A program made the translations under genes and the position numbers. A model generated the notes under the pieces. That model searched no databases. It saw only the letters and a program-made list of their open reading frames with translations, and had not been told where the DNA came from. A stretch of DNA of 60,360 nucleotides, taken from contig NC_068986.1 of the NCBI RefSeq assembly GCF_001194135.2, positions 116,339,375 through 116,399,734 of the forward strand, in the 5' to 3' direction. Shown in pieces: positions 1-10,800 of the stretch. This DNA comes from Octopus bimaculoides (lineage: Eukaryota). Each line of letters begins with the position of its first letter. The first letter of the stretch is position 1.

Positions 1-72
<72 letters not shown>

Positions 73-110
73 TGTATGTATGTATGCATATATATGTATG
101 TATTTTATTC
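1..110. repeat. (TA)n/(TATG)n compound microsatellite
   Basis: Seen directly; it generates the MYVC-repeat pseudo-ORF at 34-342. Confidence 0.95.
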
Positions 111-130
111 TCTGTTTATTTTCTCTTATT

Positions 131-262
131 TCTTTCTGTTGAAGAGCGTAAGCTCGAAACGTAAAAGACCTTTTCACTTTCCTGAGCGTCAAACTAATAC
201 ACCTGCTTGTTCATACACCTGTGTTCGTCTTTTGTTTTTCTGTAAATTTCAACTACACACAC
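131..262 (+). mobile_element. Probable Penelope-like (PLE) terminal-repeat fragment with a minimal hammerhead-like motif
   Basis: TCTTT-CTGTTGA-A-GAGC-GTAA-GCTC-GAAA-CG-TA-AAAGA at 131-168 folds like a minimal type I hammerhead. Flanked by (TA)n-rich repeats. The PLE assignment is inference. Confidence 0.45.
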
Positions 263-272
263 ACTCACACAT

Positions 273-333
<61 letters not shown>

Positions 334-766
334 TATATATAATGTAAAGAAATAGGGATTTATAATCTGGGCAGGTACTTCATTAGCACTTTGATAAAAT
401 CCAGATTTGGCTCACCACATCGAATGATGGGGAGCATACGTAATTGTTTAATATAAACAATTGAACTCGATAGGTTAATCCCGAGTTCGCGTCACTGGAT
501 TCCGTACAACATACAAAGTCTATAATCAAGATATCATAAAGAAACATGGAGGGCTATACATCTTCAAAATTTGTTTATTGCAGTACTATTCTCATAAAAT
601 TCCAATCTGACACGTGTTTCTTCTGTTAGATAAGTGTCTTCGTGTCCTCTGATGTAGCATTTATTTGCATTTAGTTGGTTCAATTGTAGAACATGTTTAT
701 CCAAGGTAGACGTCATTCCTATGCAGTTTTACTCATTCGGATGGGCGAAACACATATACTCTAAAT

Positions 767-767
<1 letters not shown>

Positions 768-851
<84 letters not shown>

Positions 852-870
852 TGCGTGTGTGTGTGTGTAC
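768..870. repeat. (GT)n microsatellite
   Basis: Seen directly. Confidence 0.95.
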
Positions 871-899
871 AGTCTAAAATTTGTTATACTTTTGTTTAC

Positions 900-1095
900 A
901 GCACCGTAACCACGCACAGTAAAGTGGTAGGCGTTAGGAAGGGCATCCGGTTGTAGAAATCATGCCAAAGTAGACATGGAGTGGTATGCAGTCTTGTGGC
1001 TCACCGGATCCTGTAAAACGGTCAGCCCATACCAGCATGGAACATGGATGTTAACTGACGATGATGATGATGATGATGATGATTGTTATCATCAT
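900..1095 (+). mobile_element. SINE family D, 3' part with (GAT)n tail
   Basis: ggcgttaggaagggcatcc...ccagcatggaa...(gat)n, homologous to the copy at 28040-28295. Confidence 0.6.
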
Positions 1096-1488
1096 CATCA
1101 CGAAGTTTCCCAGAGCTGGCTTAGTCAAACTTTAAAACAATTACTAATAATGGAGCTTTAGTATGTTTATTTCTCCATCATTACTGTAACCATGAATTTA
1201 TCCAAAATATGAGGGTAAGGGTAAATGGCTGTGGTCAGGTGGTCAGTATTTACATTAAATGGGGCGTGCGGGGAAATAGAAAGGGAAACATTGATAAAGT
1301 AGGAGATACAGAAGAGGTGGGCGGAGTTGGAAATCTCAGGGTCGTGTACAGAAGTGTATAATATATCAGCCGACATATTACTTTCCCTGTTTTGATAATT
1401 TATCCTCCTTTAGATAATAGGGAACGGCGCATAACCCCGATTTCTAGTCTTCGCTCTACACTTTTAAAGGGGCACCAGCAGAAAAATT

Positions 1489-1528
<40 letters not shown>

Positions 1529-3607
1529 AGTCGATTGTTATACTTGCTACTAATTGTTTCACCAGTTGAATCTCATAATATTCAGAATCAGCATGCTTTC
1601 AAAAGGATTACTCATGTATTTTCTCTACTGAACGACTTAATTTCATTTTAAACCTCCGTGAAGGGAATGGCTATTTCCTGTCTTGTGTATATATATATAT
1701 ATATACACACACACACTTCAAAGAGAGTTAGAGGTTGTGAATCCAACCAACTAAGGGATAATATCTATCCAATACACTGCTGGTAAAATACCCAATTATT
1801 AATACACGAGTGTTGGTTATTGCGTGGCAGTTAAACTGCTGAACGTAATAAGTGGGCGAGGGTAAAAAGTGGTTTTACCCTTAATTTATACGGCAAGAAA
1901 ATGGAGGGGGGCCAGGAGTAGTGTGCATCAGCTGTTGGGCATTATATGTCCATTCATTTATTTTAAACAATTATGAGAATATATATATACATATGTACCC
2001 TAATTTTATCTACCTATCACTACAATACACTGAAAAGATGGAAATAACATGTGGGGTACTGTGACCTCTCGGCAGAAACAGCTGTAAGAAACTATTCTTC
2101 TTTTTCTATTCTAGAAATTACTGGCACATATATAAATGTAAAACACAATCTTTACATACGTATATATATTCTCATTATTGTTTAAAATAAATAAATGAAC
2201 ATAATATAATGTCTAACTGTTGATGCATACTACCTCTGGATCCCCTTCATTTTCTTCTTGCCATATATATATAATACATATTTTGCATGTTTATATGCTT
2301 TTGCGTGTCTGCGTCCGTATTTAACAGCTAAAAACATTATGAAGAGTGTTTCGACAATTCAACAAATACAGTTTGATGAAATAAATATATGACTTAAATA
2401 CTGATGACGAAAGAACCGACTAAGAACCTTTGAAGGCAGTGGTTACTTTAATCCAGTGAATGAAAGAGATAGAATAAATCTTAAAGCACACGTACGCATA
2501 TTTATATAAATTTTACACACACACACACATACATATATAGGTGCATCACACACTTGGGCATAAAATCAACATCTCAACACAGACACAGTCCTTTACATAC
2601 ACACACATACACACACCTCTTTCTCTCCACTTCCTTTCACTCCTTCTTTTCCTCCTTCACCTCCTCCTCTCCGCCCTCCTTCGCACACAATTCTTCCGGT
2701 AATAATTGTTTGAAAAAAGCAGTATTGTTGGTGTGCCTTAGTAATGACGTAACGTTCACCGTCCGAATATTGCTTCAACTAGCTTCGTTTCGGTCTTTGA
2801 AATTGTTCCAATAGTTTTCGGTCGATGCTGGAGATGAAGAGGGCCAACAACATAACTGCGGATGGAAGTTGGTAAAAAAAAAAAAAAAAAAAAAAAAAAT
2901 CTCTAAACGAAACGAAAGGCTCCGACGCCCAAACAACATTGCATGACTAATGGCTTAAATTATAGACAGACCCCCCACCCCCTCATTACGCATCCAAATA
3001 TACCTACACACACATACACTCGCATCCACACATTGCGCATACGCAGCACACACACACACACATGCTCCTCCCCTTACACACACACACACAGATATTATGT
3101 TGCATATGCACAGACATACACACATACACTACGCATACTTGCTCCATACATAACACGCACACACACACGGTGGACACACAGACTGTACACACGGCACTCT
3201 CACGAGCTACACCGACAGCATATCTACATATCATACACACTACATACAAGACGTACATACACTGCACATAAACACACACAAAACACTACACATTCACACC
3301 ATACACATATACACACAGAATGCACTATACACGACACACACGACACACACACACACACACACGGCCTCCTCCAGATGTGGGTGGGGGGGAAGGTCAAGTT
3401 AACCGAATCACTCGTTGAATTTGCAATGCGCCATAGAAAAAGAACCGCCTCAGAGTGACAGAGAGAGAGAAACAGAGAGAGAGAGACAGACACAGAGAGA
3501 GAGAAACNNNNNNNNNNNNNNNNNNNNNNNNNNNNNNNNNNNNNNNNNNNNNNNNNNNNNNNNNNNNNNNNNNNNNNNNNNNNNNNNNNNNNNNNNNNNN
3601 NNNNNNN

Positions 3608-3640
<33 letters not shown>

Positions 3641-4559
3641 CACATATATGCGTATGTAAATGTACATATATATATAATGTATATCTATATATAATATAAT
3701 ATATTATACACACACATATAGATATATATACGTGCGCGCACGCACACACACACACATATGACATAAGATGTAAGAGCAGTCAGCAGTAAAGTCAGACACC
3801 ATATCAACACAGCTGTGCCTCAGCTGCTAACCCTTAACCTAAAAATATATAAAAGCAAAAAAAAAAACAAACAATTGAAACGAAACGAAACAGAAGAAAA
3901 TATAACCAAAAAAGAAAAAAAAAACGTGAAACGAAAATTATACAAAAAATAAACAATTAGGAAAAAACTTGGATGGAAAAAATAAAATGAAGAAATATAT
4001 GCAAAAAACCAAAATGCCGTCCCCTCAGCTAGCAAAACAAAACAACAACAAAATAAATAGAAAAGAAAAAATATTGTTGTTAATGTGGTGGTGGTGGTGG
4101 TGGTAGCGTGGATGGTATGTGGGAGGGAAATGGTAGAGACATCAACTGAAAGAAGTGAGAGAATTTTTAACCCGAATGTTTTAAGTTCGTTTTGTTTGGT
4201 TCGTGTTTTCGTTGATGTTTGGTCTGTTCAAAGATTTTAGTAATGACGGATTAAGGGAGCTTTTTTTTGTTCCACAGATTATCTTAGATCAGTAGCAGCA
4301 AATGTTTTCGAAAAAGCCTACGTCTTTTGTGTGTGCGTGTGTGTGTGTGTGTGTATGTGCGTGTGTGTTCGTGTGTGTGTGTTGCTTGCACGCGCATACA
4401 CACACATTTTTTGTTTCAATATTTAGTGGGTGTGTTTTGCTTGCTAATACATTCGTATAACACTCCGTTCCTCTGTTTATAATTTGATGATGAGAAACTA
4501 CGCTTCAAATTCTTGCTCAAATGAACAACTTTTGGAGATAAACAAATGAAATACGATAG

Positions 4560-4617
<58 letters not shown>

Positions 4618-4829
4618 TTCCTTTTGAAATGCAGCATGTTATATTTCGATTTCATCTTTCGATCGATGATGTCAGTGGAGCGAAACATGTTACAGTTTGT
4701 CTCAAATCATTAAAATTAATAATTACATATATATTCTTGCCGTTTTTACGGAGAGAGTTTTTTTTTCTTTTTTACCAACATAAAAGGTGAGATTGTTGTC
4801 TGGGTTGAGTATTCATTGATTCAAATCAA

Positions 4830-5900
4830 TCGTTGCCGTTACGTTGAGTTGTAGCTTAGATATTTGTATTTGGCAACAGAAAAGCATTTGACAGTGTTTG
4901 GCAAGAGAATTCCGTAGTTCAGTTGCATGTCTGTGCTTGTCTCCATCAATCTCTCGTCTCTTGCATCAGAACCTTTTCTGTCAGATCGCACTATCATAAC
5001 GGAGATGGATGGAAGTCTCGCTCAGCAACACTCGCACATATTTAGTATACCTCAATGTTCGGTTACGTCACCAACACCCTTTCTGTTTTACACGAAAGAT
5101 CTTCTTGCTATCAATTCCAATAAAGCTCACTCCACCCACGTAGATTATCCTCACCCACCTTATATCACTCTTCCATATCCCTCCGCACACATGTGTCATC
5201 CATATGCAACCTCGACGCCGCTCACTCACCAAACCTGCACTTTTAGAATGAACAAAAACCTCGAAAGCATTCTGTAATGGGAACATATCAATCTTATCTC
5301 CCTCAACACTACAAAAACACAATATCACAACACATGTCAAAGAAACACCCATGTACCTCTACCCTAATCATAAACAATACACAGCTAAACCCCTTCAGCT
5401 AACTACAAAATGTAGACTTCTCAGCCAGCGAGGCTCTCCCCTGGTGATCTCACAGGCCAACGTAGCAATGACTTCGTTGCAAATATGAAATCTCTTAAGA
5501 ACCAGAAAGTACTTCAACCGCCAATTACTACAAATCCCAAGTAAGACCCCCAATAAAACACTGGTTCCCTACTTGGGACGGTGCTGCTACTGTTTCATTA
5601 AAACAGCATCCTTCACTCCAAAAGTCACTTGAATGACTTAACCTCTGCCTCACAGAAGCTCTGTCTTCTAACCAATACTTCAATAGACCCTACCTTCGGA
5701 GTTAGCTAGTTCGCTGCTACTTCTGCCTATCCCCAAACCATACACATGTCTCCTCTCTTCTTATCACCGATATTATCACCCCCACCCCCAGGCCTTGGTT
5801 TTTATCTCCATGCTCAGTCACTCTGCCCTGCAAATTTCCTGCTCGTTCCTGTTTTCCCAGGCAGTAGATTAAGATAGATAGCAACTGCATTGGACTCACT
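4830..5900 (+). mobile_element. Decayed CR1/L2-group LINE reverse transcriptase
   Basis: Frameshifted RT motifs KAFDSVW, FLSDRTIITEMDG and IPQCSVTSPTPFLFYTKDL (corresponding to GVPQGSVLSPTLFLLYINDL), then WEHINLISLNTTKTQ. Multiple stops and frameshifts. Confidence 0.75.
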
Positions 5901-6511
5901 TGTTTCACTTGAGTCCACGAAGGACTCAGCTCCTTCTTTTTGACTGAATTATTAAAAGAAAGAACCCTTTGTTTTACATCCCTTTAGTCTACTTAGCATG
6001 TAAGTGTGAGAAGGGGTGTCAAATCAGTTGTGTACGGTCTTAAAACGAAGTCAGTGCACTAGCTGTCAGGAGTAGATATCAACCTGTTCTCTTCCAGCCT
6101 CGATTCACAGCCTGTTAGAATTAATTACTAAGTTAATCAGTCCTAGATTTCAATACTCAAATCAGTCCACCTCGATATCAGTAACAGCTTCCGGATTTGT
6201 TTGGTTCCATTTCGAACCTTAGTCTACCAGTTAGTTTATCTAGCTGTCAATAATTGGTTCCCTCTCAATGTGATTTTGTCTCTGATCATAGCCCTCCATT
6301 ATGAGACCAAAGTCCACTTAGGTGTCAAGGAAAGATGTCTAATCGAATCGTTTAATCTCAGAACTTGGCAAGCAATCAATCTGATTTACTTTCTCGCCAG
6401 AGTCAACCAATCAAATCACTTTGATGTCAAGAACAGGAAACAGATGAACCTGTTCGCTGTCTCGCTCCCTACTGGACTTGACGAAACCACAGTTCGATTC
6501 GCGGCCCTCAT

Positions 6512-6831
6512 TGTTCTTTTATTTGTTTCAGTAATTTGACTGCGAAGCGCCACCTCCAGGACTTATTCAGAACCGCTAAGTTACGGGGAGGTAAACACAC
6601 CAGCATCGGTTCTCAAACGATGGTGGGGGGACAAACACACACACGCACACAGACACACACACAGACACACACACACACATGACAGGCTTCTTTCCGTTTC
6701 CGTCTACCAAATCCACTCACAAGCCTTTGGTCAGTCTGAGGCTATAGTAGAAGACACTTGCCCATGGTGCCACGCAGTGGGACTGAGCCCGGAACCATGT
6801 GGTTCGTAAGCAAGCTACTGACCACACAGCC
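6512..6831 (-). mobile_element. SINE family A (tRNA-like head, CORE-like ccttgggcaagtgtctt domain, internal microsatellite)
   Basis: Reverse complement of the family seen at 18985, 24535, 28335 and 48690. Confidence 0.8.
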
Positions 6832-7048
6832 AAAAACACATATACGTGTGTGTGTATGTGTGCGTGCGTGTGTGTGTATGCGTGTGTGCGTGAGTGTATG
6901 TATGTGCTTGGGTGTGTGTATATGAATGTATGTATGTGTGCGTGTATGTACGTGTGTGTGTGGGGGGGGGTGCGTGCGTGCGTGTGTGTGTGGTGTATGA
7001 AACAGAAAATTTGTTTTCGTAGCAATTGTGTAAGCAATGTCGTTGATG

Positions 7049-7712
7049 TCGTCAGCATACCGGACAAAATGCTTTGAGGTATTTCGTTTGCCTTGAAGTT
7101 CTGAGTTCAAACTCCGCTGAGGTTGACTTGGCCTTTCATCCTTTCTGATGCAATCGATTAGCCCCTTCCCTTAAAAGATTTCAGGCCTTCTGCCTTATGG
7201 TAGAAAGGATTATTATCATTATTATCGTTAAAGACATTCCGTCGAGGTCGACTTTGCCGTTCATCCTTTCGAGGTCGATAAATTAAGTACCAGTGAAACA
7301 CTGGGGTCGATGAAATCGACTACCTCCCGCCTCCCCCAAATTTCAAGACTTGTGCCTATAGTGGAAAGGGTTATTATCGTTGAAGGCAGTGAGCTCGCAG
7401 AATCGTTACTGCACCGGAAAAAATGTTTTGCGGCATTTCGTCCGACTTCACGGTTTCAGTTCAAATTTTGACGAGGTCAGATTTACTTTCCAGTCTTCCG
7501 AGATCGATAAAATACTGTCCCAGTCAACAACCGAGGATCGATTTAATCGATTAACCCACTCTCCCAAGTTTTAAACCTTGTGCCTACATTAGAAATGATT
7601 ATGAAAGAAAGGGTGTGGGGAAGGTGACGACGCCGGATGAAATGCTTGACAGTATTTCGTCCGTCTTTACATTCTGGGTTGAAATTTTTTAGGCCTTATA
7701 AATCTAATAATT
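7049..7712 (+). mobile_element. Four head-to-tail copies of SINE family B
   Basis: Repeated gaggtcgactttgcctttcatcctttc / gataaa..gtaccag / ttgtgcct..agaaa modules at about 7049, 7236, 7382 and 7625. Confidence 0.75.
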
Positions 7713-7718
7713 GCCCAC

Positions 7719-7789
7719 GGGCATATGGCGTAGTGATTAAGAGCGCAGGCTACTAACACCAAGATTCCGAGTTCAATTCCAGGCAGTGA

Positions 7790-7834
<45 letters not shown>

Positions 7835-8012
7835 CAACAACAACAACATCGAAAAATATCTTAAGAATGAGAACCCAGGTTCGAAATTTCCCCAAGACAC
7901 CTGATGAAGCCAAAACGTTGTGTTAACAACAAACAAGATGAGGACAAATATACGTCAAATGTAAATAATGTAAATAATGTACATAATTCCTCATCTCTTA
8001 AATATAGAACTG
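7719..8012 (+). mobile_element. tRNA-headed SINE-like element (family E) with hammerhead-like motif
   Basis: A-box-like TGGCGTAGTGA at 7726, B-box GTTCAATTCC at 7771, an (AAT)n/(AAC)n tract, GACAC-CTGATGA-AGCC-AAAA-CG-TT-GTGTT at 7896-7924, and a 3x tgtaaataa tail. Confidence 0.65.
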
Positions 8013-8329
8013 AAAAATCCGACCATTCCTATTGAGAAGGCCAAACGTCAACAATGTGTTGAAGTATTGAATCAAAAAGATTTAACTCTTTTAATCCAAA
8101 CTCTTGTCGCCACATAAACTCGATTTTTTAATGGGGAGATGACTCAGTTTTTTAATGGCAGTTTTTTAATGGGTTGAGATAACCAAAAAGTACCTGAAAT
8201 TGAAGCAGTAGTAGCAGTAATTGTAGTTATCGTAGTAGTATCAGTGGTGTTGTTGTGATCGTAGTAGTAGTAGTAGTAGTAGTAGTAGTTTTTGCTAATG
8301 TCACCGTTACTTAGAGCTCTCCAATGGGA

Positions 8330-8535
8330 AAGCTTTTAGGCTGCTGTGTGACCTGAGAGAAATAGCAGCCAAAACCTTGTCGAATAACACCCAGGTACTG
8401 TGGAAAACGGTCAAACTGAATGGTTAGTGTAAGCTACTGGTACACAAAAAGACAGGATGGTCATGTCAGGAACACTTTTGATCATGACCCTGTTTAATTT
8501 AGAGTTGGGTCAAATCTGGGTCTAAATAACAACAA
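8330..8535 (+). mobile_element. Interspersed repeat family F (agaaatagcagccaaa...gggatggtca...ctggggctaaacaacaac)
   Basis: Recurs in decayed form at about 10980(-), 11740, 14120, 18640, 19790, 41690, 45270, 45540(-), 46210(-), 46480(-) and 58160(-). Class uncertain (SINE or LINE 3' end). Confidence 0.55.
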
Positions 8536-9214
8536 CACAAATACCACTACCATCTCCAGCCATTGCCGACACAGTCCTCCCCCAGCCCAAATCACCACCC
8601 TATTCTCCCCACCACCTACCCCACCCGCCACCTAAAACAACAACACGTGTAGCAACACTTCAAAGTAAGACTGTTGAGTGTAGTGTGATATTCAAGTGTT
8701 GTAGAGAGATTTCCTCCCGCCCCTCCCTCTCCTCCCAGGTGACGGAAGGGGGGTGGGGAGTCGAAAGAACGCGAGTGAAGGAAGGAAAGAGGAGGAGGAG
8801 GAGGAGGAGGAGGAAAGAGAAGGTAGGGACAGAGGTGGTGAGAAGGAGAGAGACGGGGGTGGCAGGTTTTTTTTTTTATATACTTACGTTGTTATTTTGG
8901 CAGGGGTCGAGCACATCTTTTTTCGCTTGGACCCATACGGTCTTTCCCCCGCCACCTCGTCAGCCCCTTTGCCTTCTCGACCACCGCCACCACCACCACC
9001 ACCGGAACATGTGGTGAAAGCTTGAAGTCTTCAGTGAAGTGTGTCAGGCGAGACGCATTGTCACACACACCTGCACCTGTCTTCGTGATAGATGGCTGTT
9101 AGGACAGCAATGAGGGAGGGGGCAGGTGATGGTGGTGCTGGTGGTAGTAGTAGTAACAATAGTAGTTGTTGCTGATATCGTTGTTTAGCCCCAGGTCTGA
9201 TCTCATTGGCTGAG

Positions 9215-9473
9215 TTGTTAGAGAGACGGAAAAATGCTGTATCGTATTAGTTCCGGATCTTTTATATTCTGAGTTCAAATCTTGCTGAGGTCAATATTCC
9301 CTTTTATCCCTTCGAAACAGATGAATTAAAGTGCCAATCAAATGTTAAAATTAGGGTCACGATCTGGCAAAATAAAAAGTATCCAGGTGAGCACTGGTGC
9401 CGAAGTAATCCCTGTCGCTTCCCTTAAGATTTCGGGTCTTGTGCTTATAGTGAAGGGGATTATTATTATTATT
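9215..9473 (+). mobile_element. SINE family B with (ATT)n tail
   Basis: Family motifs ttctgagttcaaat and gaggtcaa...tttatcc; tail gaaggggattattattattatt. Confidence 0.7.
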
Positions 9474-9643
9474 GCCTTTGCACACCTTCTAACGCTGGAG
9501 ATGTACTACAGTGTCTGCTGCTCACTATCACTGAACTAAGGCAACACCTTATTTTTCGAGCACCTTCCGGAGTATTCGAGCGGTTCCAAGCAGTGCTGTT
9601 TTCTACAAGTCCTCCACCCTTATTGCAGCCCCTATTTGTTCCT
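9474..9643 (-). mobile_element. 5'-truncated R4/Dong-clade LINE 3' end
   Basis: Highly similar to 34531-34700, which encodes LQKTVLLGTARILRKVLEK* plus 3' UTR. Confidence 0.8.
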
Positions 9644-9689
9644 CGCATGGTGTGGGCATAGCTTCCAGTGTATTTTTGCTCACTGTTCC

Positions 9690-10425
9690 CAGGGCTCCGG
9701 CAATTATTGGTTGTTTCAATTTTTGGCACAAGGCCAGCAATTTCGGGGATTAGATCGACGCCAGTATTCAACTGGTACTTTTTTTTTATCGAACCCGAAA
9801 GAATGAAAGCAAAGTTGACCTCGACGGAGTTTGAATTCAAAACCTAAAGACAGATTAAATACCACAAAGCATTTTGCCTACTTGCCGCCATTTTGGGGGG
9901 GGGGCAGTATATTAAGGAACCATCCTAAACCTCTCAAGTTTCTGGCCATGTGCCTCTGTAAGAAATTGTTGACTTCAGGTTTAGGCACAAAATCAGTAGT
10001 TTGAAGAGGGTAGGTGTAAGTCTATACCTTTGAGCCCAGTAGTTAACTGGTATTTTTATTTCATTAACCCCGAAAGGACGAATGACAAAGATGACTTCGG
10101 TAGGACATGAACTCGAGTCTTCTCGGACAAAATGCCTTGCCGTATTTCTTCCGGCTCTTTACGTTCTGTGCTCAAATCTCTTGAGATCAACCTTACCCTT
10201 TATCTTTTTGGGAGTCGATAAACTAAAGTAATTAGACAAACCCCCGACTCCCTCTAAATTCCAGCTCCACGTCTAAAAGCGATCGATTAGCAGAATCGTT
10301 AAACGTCGGTAGAAAATACTGTGCGATATTTGTTCCGACTGTTAACGATCTAAGTCATTTAATGACGCCGAGGTTAAACCTTGCTTGTCATCTCTACAGA
10401 GTTGATAAAATGAAGTACCATTTCA
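9690..10425. mobile_element. Cluster of about four SINE B fragments in both orientations
   Basis: Family motifs at about 9690-9890(-), 9960-10120(-), 10120-10270(+) and 10290-10425(+). Confidence 0.65.
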
Positions 10426-10429
10426 ATAT

Positions 10430-10800
10430 TCATCATCATCATCTGGTTGACCTTGCTCTGACATTTTTAACTCGCACACGCGACCCATCTCTGGTTTTGC
10501 ATTAGTTGAGGTGGCCTTCAAAGAGGCATCCAATGTCTCTGGTGAGTTGATCTACATACGTTGTGTTCAGACGGCCATGCTGTGGCATCCATAGCAGTAA
10601 GTCACTCGGCAGCTCTTGTTTAGCTTCCCACCAATGTCCCACAAAATGCAAACGCCTTTCCCTTATAATGGTGGAAACAGACGGGAGATTTCCATACAGC
10701 TGTTTCTTGGTGGGATGAGTTCTACAAAATATATTTAAAACTGCTCTTAACATTCAGGTTTAAGTTCCATCTGACTTGGATTCCAGTTGTTTTGGTGAGC
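10430..10800 (-). mobile_element. RTE-clade LINE, C-terminus and 3' end
   Basis: MLRAVLNIFCRTHPTKKQLYGNLPSVSTIIRERRLHFVGHWW...LLLWMPQHG...TYVDQL matches RTE C-termini; ends in (GAT)n. Confidence 0.8.
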
